64,000 bases of DNA from an uncultured Chloroflexia bacterium (GTDB taxonomy: Bacteria > Chloroflexota > Limnocylindria > Limnocylindrales > CSP1-4): the NCBI GenBank assembly GCA_963748625.1, contig CAVVJT010000007.1, forward strand, positions 864,001-928,000, given 5' to 3'. The notes under the pieces were generated by a model. The model saw only the letters and a program-made list of their open reading frames with translations, made no database searches and had not been told where the DNA came from. Every line of letters starts with the position of its first letter. Position 1 is the stretch's first letter. A program made the translations under genes and the position numbers. Below are positions 1 to 8,933 of this stretch, one piece after another.

Positions 1-628
1 CCATGCCGCCGGTGCGCGCGGTCATGACCAGCAGGATGCGGGCGTCGCGGAGGTTGCGCACAAGGAACGTGACGAGGTCCAGGGACGCGCGATCGGCCCA
101 CTGGATGTCCTCGAGGACCACGAGCAGCGGGGTCCGCGCGGCCATCCGCTCGGTCATGCGCAGCAGCGACTCGAACAACTGCAGGCGGGCAACCTCGGCG
201 GAAGCCTCGCCGGCGGGGGAAGGGGCCAGACCGGCGGGGGATGGCGCCAGGTCGGACGGCCCGGGACCCTGCACCCGCGCCGAACCCTGCGCCCGCCCCG
301 GTCGGTCGAACCCGAGCAGGGGTTCCACGACGTCACCGCCCGGACCGAGGAGGGCGGCCCGCTCCTGGTCGGACAGGCCGCGCACCGCATCACGGAGCAT
401 CTCGGCGAATGGCAGGTAGGCGACCGTGGAGCCTAGCTCCAGGCACGCCCCGATGAGCACCCTGAAGCCCGCCGTCGCTGCGTCGTCGGCCACGGCCCGC
501 ACCAGGTGGGTCTTGCCGATGCCCGCCTCGCCTGTCACGAGGACGAGACCCAGGCGTCCTCCCCGTGCAGCCTCGAGCGCGCGGGCCAGCGACGCGACCT
601 CCTCCGTCCGGCCCACCACGGCGCTCAT
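1..628 (-). CDS. AAA ATPase-domain (MalT/LuxR-type) regulator, N-terminal part; runs off the left edge
   Basis: Read from ATG at 628: MSAVVGRTEEVASLARAL...LVLVTGEAGIGKTHL (Walker A) and LLVVLEDIQWAD (Walker B). Not listed in the ORF track. Confidence 0.8.
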   Translation of the reverse strand, partial: MSAVVGRTEEVASLARALEAARGGRLGLVLVTGEAGIGKTHLVRAVADDAATAGFRVLIGACLELGSTVAYLPFAEMLRDAVRGLSDQERAALLGPGGDVVEPLLGFDRPGRAQGSARVQGPGPSDLAPSPAGLAPSPAGEASAEVARLQLFESLLRMTERMAARTPLLVVLEDIQWADRASLDLVTFLVRNLRDARILLVMTARTGGM

Positions 629-813
629 TGGTGGATCGTGCCCCGATCGTGCGGGCGGGCGCAAGGTGCCACTAGGCCGGGTATCGCCACGATTCGGGAT
701 GGGCAGGCCGCGATTCGGGACACGCGCGACCGCGCGGACTGGGCACCTGCCTGATGTCCACCACCCCTACTTAGGCCGACGGTCACCTCGACACCACCAC
801 CGAGGAGTGCACC

Positions 814-1398
814 GTGTACGACCTGCAACAGCTCTCCACCCTCCAGCCCGTCGCCCTGACGCCTCGCGCCGAGGACCCGGATGACATCCTGACCCAGGCG
901 TACCTGGAGCACCGCGAGCCGATCCGTCGCTGGCTGGTCGCCCGCAGCCGCGACGAGGACCTCGCCGAGGAGCTCCTGCACGAGGCGTACCTGCGCCTCA
1001 TGCGCGAGCTGCGGCGGGGCGTCATCATCGAGAACCCGCGTGCCTGGCTGTTCCACGCGGCCACCAACCTGCTCGTGAGCAACGTCCGGCACGCGCGCGT
1101 GGTCGAGCGCCACGTCCCGACCGAGCCCGCCTTCGAGGCGGCGTCTGCGGAGACGGTGGTGCTGGCCCAGGAACGGATGGAGCACCTCACGCGGGCGCTG
1201 AGCCTCCTGTCGGAGAGCGACCGCGGGCTGCTCGTCGCCGCCGGCATGGGCGGGGATGGCCCAGAGCTCGCCGACCAGGCAGGGATCAGCCAGGTCGCGC
1301 TGCGGACTCGACTCTGCCGTGCCCGCAAGCGCCTCCGCGACCAGGTCGTGGCGGACCAGGCGTCCTGCCTGACCAGCTACGCAGGACTGTCCGCCTGA
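814..1398 (+). CDS. ECF RNA polymerase sigma factor
   Basis: Region 2 (LAEELLHEAYLRL...NPRAWLFHAATNLLVS) and region 4 HTH (ELADQAGISQVALRTRLCRARKRL). GAGGAG SD precedes the GTG start. Confidence 0.85.
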   Translation: MYDLQQLSTLQPVALTPRAEDPDDILTQAYLEHREPIRRWLVARSRDEDLAEELLHEAYLRLMRELRRGVIIENPRAWLFHAATNLLVSNVRHARVVERHVPTEPAFEAASAETVVLAQERMEHLTRALSLLSESDRGLLVAAGMGGDGPELADQAGISQVALRTRLCRARKRLRDQVVADQASCLTSYAGLSA

Positions 1399-1784
1399 CC
1401 ATGGGGCCCGCCTGACCGTGCGGCTTGCCCGCCATCACCCAGGGCTCGCCGTCACCACCCGGCCCCTTAAACACGAAAGCCCCGGCGAAGACCGAGGCTG
1501 TCAAGAAGAACGGGCGGGTGCCGGGCGTCCCCTCCGACACCCGCCGTAATGGGAGTCTGCCGCCCGGACGGCTCGCGGTCCATGCGTCCTTCGATATAGA
1601 AACGCGACATCGTGGGCATGTGCCTTGCTCTCGGGCCGCCGCCAGCCCGAGCAGGAGGCTATCGGGCGATACAGGGCGCGGCCGTCGGGGGACGCCCACG
1701 ACGGCCGCGCGGGCAGAGCATCCCAGCGATCGCGCCTGACCGCAAGTCCGCAGCCCGGCGCAGCCTCAGCCCTCCCCGCTCGCC

Positions 1785-2105
1785 TCAGCTCTCCCCGCTC
1801 CCTGTGCGCCCGCGGGACATGCCGTCGAGCGGATGGCCGTCGGGCTTGCGCCCAAGCTTCGCGGCCTCCTCGGCGATCACGGCCTCCACGATCTCCTCCG
1901 CCGCGCCCGCACGTTCGACGGGTGCCGTCCACGCGAACTCGTCCAAGTAGTCGTCCGTGCCCGCCAGGCCCTCGCGCATGGTGATCCGGCTGATCTCCTG
2001 CATGAACCAGCGGGGCATCGGGCGCTTGGCGACCATGCCGTCATCAGCGGTGACCTCGACCTGGGTGGGGATCTCGCGCCAGGCGAGGACCCGATACGTG
2101 CTCAT
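1785..2105 (-). CDS. Small 'virulence factor' domain family protein
   Basis: MSTYRVLAWREIPTQVEV...RWFMQEISRITMREGLAGTDDYLDEFAW resembles the WRDIP.QV-type family; GAAGG SD. Assignment from memory. Confidence 0.6.
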   Translation of the reverse strand: MSTYRVLAWREIPTQVEVTADDGMVAKRPMPRWFMQEISRITMREGLAGTDDYLDEFAWTAPVERAGAAEEIVEAVIAEEAAKLGRKPDGHPLDGMSRGRTGSGES

Positions 2106-2183
2106 GGCAGAACCTTCATAGGCAGGCGACGGACAACGTGAACCACGACGGTAGCGCGGGTGGGCACAAGGGTATACACTACT

Positions 2184-2213
2184 TGCGTACTTGCGCAACT
2201 AGCCAAGTACGCA
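2184..2213. promoter_or_regulatory. Perfect inverted repeat TGCGTACTTG-N10-CAAGTACGCA, putative operator
   Basis: 10-bp arms in the AT-richer intergenic region between the divergent genes 1785-2105 and 2273-2680. Confidence 0.5.
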
Positions 2214-2272
2214 CATGACATCCCCGCACCGCGGCCGGCCTCCGGTCGCGACCGATCCAGGAGACCCTCCCG

Positions 2273-2680
2273 ATGGAGATGGTGATCGACTTCCCCGGCG
2301 GCGCCCGCGTGGACGCCCACTTCGGGCCGTTCACGGTGCCGACGGACCAGCCGCCGTCCGGAGGCGGCCAGAGCTTGGCCCCGACGCCGTTCCTGACCTT
2401 CCTCTCGACGATCGGGACATGTGCCGGCATCTACGTGCTGGGCTTCTGCCGCCAGCGCGGAATTCCCACCGATGGCATCCGCCTCGTGCAGCATGTCGGC
2501 GCGAACCCCGCCACCGGCATGGTGGACGACGTCCGGCTCACGATCGAGCTGCCGGAGGGCTTCCCGGCCAAGTACGCCGATGCCGTCGTTCGGGCCGCCG
2601 ACCAGTGCGCAGTGAAGAAGCACTTCGAGCACCCGCCGGTGATCACGGTCACGAGCACCTTCGCGTCCGCCGTGGCCTGA
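2273..2680 (+). CDS. OsmC family protein
   Basis: TDQP..GGG...PTP...FL..IGTCAG and QCAVKK carry the two conserved Cys; AGGAG SD. Confidence 0.85.
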   Translation: MEMVIDFPGGARVDAHFGPFTVPTDQPPSGGGQSLAPTPFLTFLSTIGTCAGIYVLGFCRQRGIPTDGIRLVQHVGANPATGMVDDVRLTIELPEGFPAKYADAVVRAADQCAVKKHFEHPPVITVTSTFASAVA

Positions 2681-2715
2681 CGGCCTGCCGGGACGTCCTC
2701 GCCGCCCCGCCGGGG

Positions 2716-2839
2716 CGCCGCCGGGGCGCGGAAGGGACGCCGCCGGGGCGCGGAAGGGACGCCGCCGGGGCGCGGAAGGGACGCCGCCGGGGCGCGGAAG
2801 GGACGCCGCCGGGGCGCGGAAGGGGCGCCACCGGGGCGC
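2716..2839. repeat. 22-bp tandem repeat CGCCGCCGGGGCGCGGAAGGGA, 5 copies plus a partial copy
   Basis: Adjacent near-identical units with no spacers, lying between convergent genes. Confidence 0.9.
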
Positions 2840-2883
2840 CGCAGCCCGGCGGGATCTCCGCCAGGCATTGGCGGTCCGAGACA

Positions 2884-4548
2884 TTACGGGCCGCGACGGA
2901 TCCGGTTGAGCAGCGTGGCGGCCACACCCGGCTGGTCGAAGTCCGGCATGTCCGCGCCGGCTCCGCCCGAGCGGCCGCTGCCCCGCACGACCGGACCGAC
3001 CGGAGCGGTGCGGCCCGCCGAGCCTGCCGCTGCGTGGCCGTCGGCGTCCGCCGCGGCGGTCCGTCCTGCCGCCCGGGCGACCGCACCGAGGCTCCGTCGC
3101 AGCAACGCGGCGCGTGCAAGTGCCCGACGGTGCTCAGCCGCCGACAGCTCCACGCCCCCGAACCGTGCGAGGCCGTAGTCGGCCGCCAGCAGCTCCAGCT
3201 CCAGCGATCCCGCCCCGGCACCACGGAGCCGGCGCGCGTGCTCCACGGGTGTCTCCCCCAATTCCCTGGCCACAATGGGCCGGCCCTCGAGATCCTCGAG
3301 CAGCGCCTGGTACGCGGTCACTGCGTCCACCGGGGTCCGTCGGCGCCCGAATCGCCGGCGCGGCTTCCTGCGCGTGTGCGTCACCTCGCCGTCGTGGGCG
3401 ATCTCGCGGACCTCGTCCTCGCCCGGGGGCCGCGGTGAGGGCCGGCTGAGCCACAGCTTGGCGAGCGCCGCCACGAGGATCACGGCCGCCGCAAGGACGA
3501 CCACCAGCACGCCGATCGCCAGTCCGGTCTGGGCCGCCGCCTCCTGCGGCGTGGAGGGCACGACGCTGCCGATCGCGGCACCCTGGCGGGCCGGGTCCTC
3601 GAAGAGCCCGAGCAGCACGCCGATCACGCCCGCGGCGAGGATGCTCACGGCCAGGATGCGCAGGCTGCGCCGGTCGAAGCCCACGATGAAGCCGACCACG
3701 AGCAGCGGGACGAGGACCGCCGCCACGGCCGTGGAGATCGCCTTGCCAGCGAACGTGGCGAGGAGCAGGGCCGCACCGATGGCCACGACGAGCAGCACCA
3801 TCACGAGGGCCAGCCAGAGCGGGTTGCGCCGCCAGTCGAGCGAGGCACCGGGCGCCATCGCTGCCAGGCGGGCCAGGGCGAGCGACGGGATCGCCGACGC
3901 GAGGAACACGACGGCATCGGTCCTGACCGCGTCCAGGTACGCGGACCCCGTCGGCTCGCCGATCATCCCGCCCAACACCGCGCAGACCGCGATCAGCGGC
4001 ACGCCAGCCGCCAGGAGCGTCGCCACGCGGTGCGGTTCGAGCGGGACGCGGGCGTAGGCCATCCCACGGACGAACGCCGGCCACAGCAGCCAGCCGCCCG
4101 GGTGCACCGCGAGTGCCGGCAGGATTCCAGCGAACCCGTCGGCCGCAAGGATGGCGCGGACCTCCGGCGCCGCGAGCCAGCCAGCCATGCCGCACATCGT
4201 GGCCAGTGCCACGGCCAACCCCGGCCACCGGTCGCCGAGCCGCGGCCCGAGGCGGCGCGCCGAGACCAGCCCGGCCACCGCAGCCAGCACCAGCCCGCCG
4301 ATCGAGGGGGACGGCGGCTGGAGCACGATGGCCTGCAACAGCCCGCCGACGACGGCGAGCCAGGCCGCCTCCGCCAAAAGGGCCAGGCCGACCGGAAGCC
4401 ATGACACGAGGCCGCGCCCCAGCCGGTCGCGCATCGGGCGGTCAGCGTCCGGCATCGGGCGATCGGGCCCCGGTCGGTCGGTCATCGGGCGTTCAGGGTC
4501 GGTCATCGGGCGTTCAGGGTCGGTCATCGGGCGTTCAGGGTCGGTCAT
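2884..4548 (-). CDS. DUF4129-type multi-pass membrane protein (MoxR operon)
   Basis: Many TM segments; C-terminal AYQALLEDL...ETPVEHARRL...YGLARFG motif; N-terminal MTDPERP x3 from a 21-bp repeat. Confidence 0.75.
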   Translation of the reverse strand: MTDPERPMTDPERPMTDPERPMTDRPGPDRPMPDADRPMRDRLGRGLVSWLPVGLALLAEAAWLAVVGGLLQAIVLQPPSPSIGGLVLAAVAGLVSARRLGPRLGDRWPGLAVALATMCGMAGWLAAPEVRAILAADGFAGILPALAVHPGGWLLWPAFVRGMAYARVPLEPHRVATLLAAGVPLIAVCAVLGGMIGEPTGSAYLDAVRTDAVVFLASAIPSLALARLAAMAPGASLDWRRNPLWLALVMVLLVVAIGAALLLATFAGKAISTAVAAVLVPLLVVGFIVGFDRRSLRILAVSILAAGVIGVLLGLFEDPARQGAAIGSVVPSTPQEAAAQTGLAIGVLVVVLAAAVILVAALAKLWLSRPSPRPPGEDEVREIAHDGEVTHTRRKPRRRFGRRRTPVDAVTAYQALLEDLEGRPIVARELGETPVEHARRLRGAGAGSLELELLAADYGLARFGGVELSAAEHRRALARAALLRRSLGAVARAAGRTAAADADGHAAAGSAGRTAPVGPVVRGSGRSGGAGADMPDFDQPGVAATLLNRIRRGP

Positions 4549-5777
4549 CGCGCGATCACCAGGTGCCCCGCTTTCCGCCAGTGGCCGTCCATCAAAGCCG
4601 TCCGCGCAGCGAACCCCGCCGCACGCGCGACAGCCGCATCCCGCGCCGCATGCCGGCCGCAGGCCACCAGGACCACATCCGCTCCCGACGAGCGCAGCCG
4701 GCGCAGCGCGGGCAGGAACGGGCGCGGGTCCCGCGCGGTGAGCACCAGCACCGTCGTCCCGGGGCGGACCGTGCGGCAGGCCGTCAGGATCAGCCGCTCG
4801 AACGGCATCGACGCGTGGGCGGACAGGCGCGCGAGCAGGTCCAGCACCCGCTCGGCCTGGCCCGGGGCCGACGAGACCGGCACCGACGCGATCCTGGTCT
4901 CGGCACCCGTGTAGCCCGCGGCGAGGATCCCGAAGGCAACGCGCCGCAGGGCGAGTGTCCGGGTGATGGACGCGGCGACCACGTACAACTGCTCCGTGTC
5001 GTCATCGCCCCAGCCCGCCTCCCAGGCGGCGCCCTCCCCCGTCTGCACGTCGAGCGCGAGCAGCACCTCCCGGTCACGGGACGGCTCGAACCGCTTGGTG
5101 ACCGGCCGGTCGATCCGCGCGCTCGCCCGGGCGTGGATCCGGCGCAGCGGGTCGCCAGGAGCATACGGCCGGACGCCCGCGAACCGGCTCGGATCCTCGG
5201 CCAGGCCGCCGCTGGCGCGCTCGCGGTCGCCCCAGCGGTCGGGCGGCTCCAGCTCCGTGGTGGGGATCGTGCGGGGCCAGACCAGGAACGTGTCGATGTC
5301 GGCGCGCGTCTCCTCGGCCACGCGCCGCGCGAAGGGATCGCCGGCCGACAGCGTCACGGGTCCCAGCGCGAACACCCCGCGCCGCTCGGCTCCGACGTGG
5401 AAGCGGCGCCGGACGCGCTCCCATGGCCGCAGCGTCCAGGCGTTGCGCAGGACGCTCTGGTCCGGCTCGGCGCCCGGATCGAGCTCGCGCTCCGCGACCA
5501 CGACGCCCTCGCCCGCCTCGTCGTCGGCGCGGACCCAGGCAAACGGCAGGCCGCCCCGGTTCCAGACCTCCACCTCCAGGGGGATCGCCTCACCGAAGGG
5601 CGTGCGCCGGGCAGCCAGCTCACGGCGGTACCTGATGGCGCGCAGGCCGTTGCGCCCCCACGCGGCGTTGACCACGTCGAGCAGGAGCACCACGACGCCC
5701 AGCAGGAGCACGATCGGGACGTCCAGCAGGCTCCCGACCAGGATGAGCGCGATCGACCCCGCGACGCGCGCCGCCAT
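4545..5777 (-). CDS. DUF58 domain protein
   Basis: RRGVFALGP...GDPF and FAGVRPYAPGDPLRRIHARASAR...TKRFEP motifs; located between MoxR and DUF4129 genes. Confidence 0.85.
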   Translation of the reverse strand: MAARVAGSIALILVGSLLDVPIVLLLGVVVLLLDVVNAAWGRNGLRAIRYRRELAARRTPFGEAIPLEVEVWNRGGLPFAWVRADDEAGEGVVVAERELDPGAEPDQSVLRNAWTLRPWERVRRRFHVGAERRGVFALGPVTLSAGDPFARRVAEETRADIDTFLVWPRTIPTTELEPPDRWGDRERASGGLAEDPSRFAGVRPYAPGDPLRRIHARASARIDRPVTKRFEPSRDREVLLALDVQTGEGAAWEAGWGDDDTEQLYVVAASITRTLALRRVAFGILAAGYTGAETRIASVPVSSAPGQAERVLDLLARLSAHASMPFERLILTACRTVRPGTTVLVLTARDPRPFLPALRRLRSSGADVVLVACGRHAARDAAVARAAGFAARTALMDGHWRKAGHLVIAR

Positions 5778-5779
5778 CG

Positions 5780-6835
5780 TCAGCTGCCGTTGAGCTGGGA
5801 CACGGTTGAAACCGGGGACAACGGGGGTACCGGGAGCGTCGCCAGGATCGAGCCCAGGGCCCCCTCGGCCGTCGCGCCGTGGAGGCTTCGGTCAAGGTCG
5901 ACGACCAGCCGGTGCACCAGGACCCCCGGGGCCACCGCCTTCACGTCGTCCGGGGTGACGAACGCGCGGCCCTCGAGCACGGCCCAGGCCTGCGCGACCC
6001 GGTACAGCGCGACCGACGCCCGCGGGCTGGCACCAAGCGCGAGGTCGGGATGGGATCGCGTCGCCCGCACGATGGCGACCAGGTAGGCCTCCACCTCGTC
6101 GGCGACATGCACCCCGCGCACGAGGTCGCGGAGCTCGAGCAGGCGGTCACGCTCCAGCACCGGCTCGATGGCATCGAGCGGCTCCGCGGTGTCGTGGTGG
6201 CGGCGGGCGATGGCTCGCTCCCCGTCGCCGTCGGGGTAGCCCACGCGGGTGCGCAGGAGGAAGCGGTCCAGCTGGGCCTGGGGCAGCGCGAACGTCCCCT
6301 CGAACTCCACCGGGTTCTGCGTCGCGATCACCAGGAACGGGTCCGGCAGGCGGTGCGTGGTGCCCTCGATCGAGACCTGGCGCTCCTGCATCGCCTCGAG
6401 CAGCGCCGACTGCGTGCGCGGCGTCGCGCGGTTGACCTCATCCACCAGCAGCACGTTGGTGAACACGGGGCCTGGCACGAAGCGCAGGCCACCCGGCTCG
6501 AAGAGGCTGGAGCCGGTCACGTCCGACGGCAGCAGGTCGGGCGTGCCCTGGATGCGGGTCATCGTCAGGTCCAGGCTGCGAGCGACCGCGCGGGCCAGCA
6601 GCGTCTTGCCGGTGCCGGGCACGTCCTCGAGCAGCACGTGCCCGTCGGCGAGGAGCGCCGTCATCAGCATGCGGAGCGGCTCGTCCGCGCCCACCACGGC
6701 CTTGGCGACCGAGCGGCGAAGGTCGTCCCACGCCCGGCGGCCGGCTGTGGCCACGGCCGCGGCGGCGGTCCTGTCGTGGGGCGCCGGCGCGTCCGTGCCT
6801 GGCTCGTTCGGTCCGGCCGTCGTCGCCAGATCCAT
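5780..6835 (-). CDS. moxR: MoxR family AAA+ ATPase
   Basis: HVLLEDVPGTGKT, RIQGTPDLLPSDVTG, LLVDEVNRATPRTQSALLEAMQE, ATQNPVEFEGTFALP.AQLDRF. Confidence 0.93.
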   Translation of the reverse strand: MDLATTAGPNEPGTDAPAPHDRTAAAAVATAGRRAWDDLRRSVAKAVVGADEPLRMLMTALLADGHVLLEDVPGTGKTLLARAVARSLDLTMTRIQGTPDLLPSDVTGSSLFEPGGLRFVPGPVFTNVLLVDEVNRATPRTQSALLEAMQERQVSIEGTTHRLPDPFLVIATQNPVEFEGTFALPQAQLDRFLLRTRVGYPDGDGERAIARRHHDTAEPLDAIEPVLERDRLLELRDLVRGVHVADEVEAYLVAIVRATRSHPDLALGASPRASVALYRVAQAWAVLEGRAFVTPDDVKAVAPGVLVHRLVVDLDRSLHGATAEGALGSILATLPVPPLSPVSTVSQLNGS

Positions 6836-6997
6836 GGGTCGCGGGTCCTCCAGGGCCGGCGACCTCGCAGCTGCCTCAGCTGGGCCGTGGCACGACGGCG
6901 CCGGTGGACCCGACTATAGCCACCCGTTCGAGGCCGGGCTCGCCGGCGCCCCGCCGAAGCCGGCATCGCGGCCCGGTCCGACGCCGGTGACCGGGGT

Positions 6998-7227
6998 CCT
7001 GCTCGGCACCGCGCCCCGGTCGGGCTCCGCGGCCTGCTCGGCACCGCGCCCCGGACGGGCTCCGCGGCCTGCTCGGCACCGCGCCCCGGTCGGGCTCCGC
7101 GGCCTGCTCGGCACCGCGCCCCGGTCCGAGTTCGCGGCCTGCTCGGCACCGCGCCCCGGTCCGAGTTCGCGGCCTGCTCGGCATCTCGCCCCGGTCCGAG
7201 TTCGCGGCCTGCTCGGCATCTCGCCCC
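6998..7227. repeat. 35-bp tandem repeat CCTGCTCGGCACCGCGCCCCGGTCGGGCTCCGCGG, about 6.5 copies
   Basis: Units start at 6998, 7033, 7068, 7103, 7138, 7173 and 7208; no spacers; variants are polarised along the array. Confidence 0.9.
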
Positions 7228-7367
7228 ACGTGGGGGCCGTTTCGCGCGATCGCCCGCACGACCTGCGCAGCAAACCTCGACTTCCGTGCCCGGACCACGC
7301 TCAGAACCCGCCGATTCGGCTCCCAGGTGGGGGGCGCGCAGAGATCTGGAGCGCGATGAGGTAGAAG

Positions 7368-7442
7368 TGGTCGGGGCGGTGGGATTCGAACCCACAGCCT
7401 CGTGCTCCCAAAGCACGTGCGCCACCGTTGCGCCACGCCCCG
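7368..7442 (-). tRNA. tRNA-Pro (UGG)
   Basis: CGGGGCG-TG-GCGCAACGGTGGCGC-A-CGTGC-TTTGGGA-GCACG-AGGCT-GTGGG-TTCGAAT-CCCAC-CGCCCCG-A-CCA: complete cloverleaf with encoded CCA. Confidence 0.95.
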
Positions 7443-7560
7443 ACAGGTTTCGTGCTCAGGAAGCGCATGTGCTTCCTGATTTCGGCCTCGCGGCTGGGCC
7501 TACACCGCTCCAATCGCATATGCTGGTCCTGCGGGAACCCATCTAGCGACCGGAGTTGGC

Positions 7561-8511
7561 GTGGTCACATCGCCGTCCAGCGAGCCCCATCATACGGCCC
7601 TCCCGGACCTCGTCCCGTTGCTTGCGTCATGGCGGCGGCATCTCGCCGCCCAACGGATGAGCCCGGCCACCCTCTCCACCTACTCTGCGGCGGTTGGCCA
7701 GCTCGACAAGTTCCTCGAGGCGCAGGCGATGCCGAGAGCGGTCGCTGCGATCCGGCGCGAGCATGTCGAGGCCTTCATCACCCACCTGCTGGGCAAGTTC
7801 AAGCCGAATACGGCCCACAACAGGTTTCGGGGGCTGAAGACGTTCTTCGCGTGGCTGGTGGACGAAGGTGAGATCTCCGATAGCCCCATGGCGCGGATGA
7901 AGCCCCCCAGGCTCACCGAGGAGCCCCCGCCCGTCCTCCGGGAGACGGACTTCACCCGCCTGCTCGAGGTCTGCGAGCGGGACAAGACCTTTGTCGGCCG
8001 CCGCGACGACGCCATCCTCCGCGCGTTCATCGACACCGGGGTCCGGCGCGGCGAGCTGCTCGGGCTGAAGCTCGAGGACGTGGATCTCGATCAGGGCCTC
8101 CTCAGGGTCACCGGCAAGGGGAGCCGCACCAGGATGGTGCCCGTGGGGGCCAAGACGGTGCGCTCGATCGACCGCTACCTGCGCGCTCGCAGCAAGCACC
8201 CCGACGCTGCTCGCCCCGAGCTGTGGCTTGGCCGGCGTGGGGTCCTGCGAGAGTCAGGCTTGGGGGACCTGATCCGCGACCGGGGCAACGAGGCCGGGCT
8301 CACGCTGCGCCTGCATCCGCACCTGTTCCGCCATGCCTACGCCCACTCGATGCTGGCCGCCGGCATCCAGGAGACCGACCTCATGGCGGTCGTCGGCTGG
8401 AAGAGCCGCGAGATGGTGTCCCGCTACGCGGCATCCACCCGGGCCGAGCGGGCCATCTCTGCGGCCCGGAAGCTCAGCCCTGTTGACCGGCTCGACGAGA
8501 CCAGGCGGTGA
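7561..8511 (+). CDS. Tyrosine recombinase/integrase, XerC/D-sized
   Basis: N-terminal SAM-like region (SPATLSTY); catalytic R (DTGVRRGELLGL), K (GKG), HxxR (HLFRH), W (VGW) and Y (SRY). Divergent from tRNA-Pro, 118 bp away. Confidence 0.93.
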   Translation: MVTSPSSEPHHTALPDLVPLLASWRRHLAAQRMSPATLSTYSAAVGQLDKFLEAQAMPRAVAAIRREHVEAFITHLLGKFKPNTAHNRFRGLKTFFAWLVDEGEISDSPMARMKPPRLTEEPPPVLRETDFTRLLEVCERDKTFVGRRDDAILRAFIDTGVRRGELLGLKLEDVDLDQGLLRVTGKGSRTRMVPVGAKTVRSIDRYLRARSKHPDAARPELWLGRRGVLRESGLGDLIRDRGNEAGLTLRLHPHLFRHAYAHSMLAAGIQETDLMAVVGWKSREMVSRYAASTRAERAISAARKLSPVDRLDETRR

Positions 8512-8933
8512 AGGGCGACCTGATCGAGACCGACTGCAGGGCCTGCGGTCAGCTCGTCCACATCGTCGAGGGTGGTGACTGCCCGGCCTGTGGCGCGGGC
8601 CCGGCTGTGCCCTCGGATGAGCGCGTCACCATTGTCAGCGGCCGTGCCGTGAAGGTCCCGAGGGACTTCTTCGGACGACAGGCAATGTGGCTCAGCACCA
8701 GACCCGCACGCCAGACGATCGCCGTCGACAGCAGGCGGCGGGTTCGAGATGTCCCATCTCCTTCCAGGAAGCGGCGACGCGGGCGGATTTCAGGCGATCG
8801 TGCTTGGAAGGCCGTCCTATCGCGCATAGGCCCGCGAACCTCCAACAACCGGCCACAGCCGTTCGTTACGCTACCGGTGGCAGTTGACCGCGCACCCCCG
8901 GTGCGGCGAGGGGCGTCGAGCAGAGGGCAGCCG

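Noticed and set aside
1425-1780. Small ORFs or an ncRNA downstream of the first ECF gene
   Set aside because: Hairpins are present (e.g. 1477-1499) but there is no recognisable family, U-tract or convincing coding signal.
2716-2839. CRISPR array (22-bp repeats)
   Set aside because: Pure tandem repeat with no spacers.
6998-7227. CRISPR array (35-bp repeats)
   Set aside because: Units are contiguous with no unique spacers, and there are no cas genes in the window.
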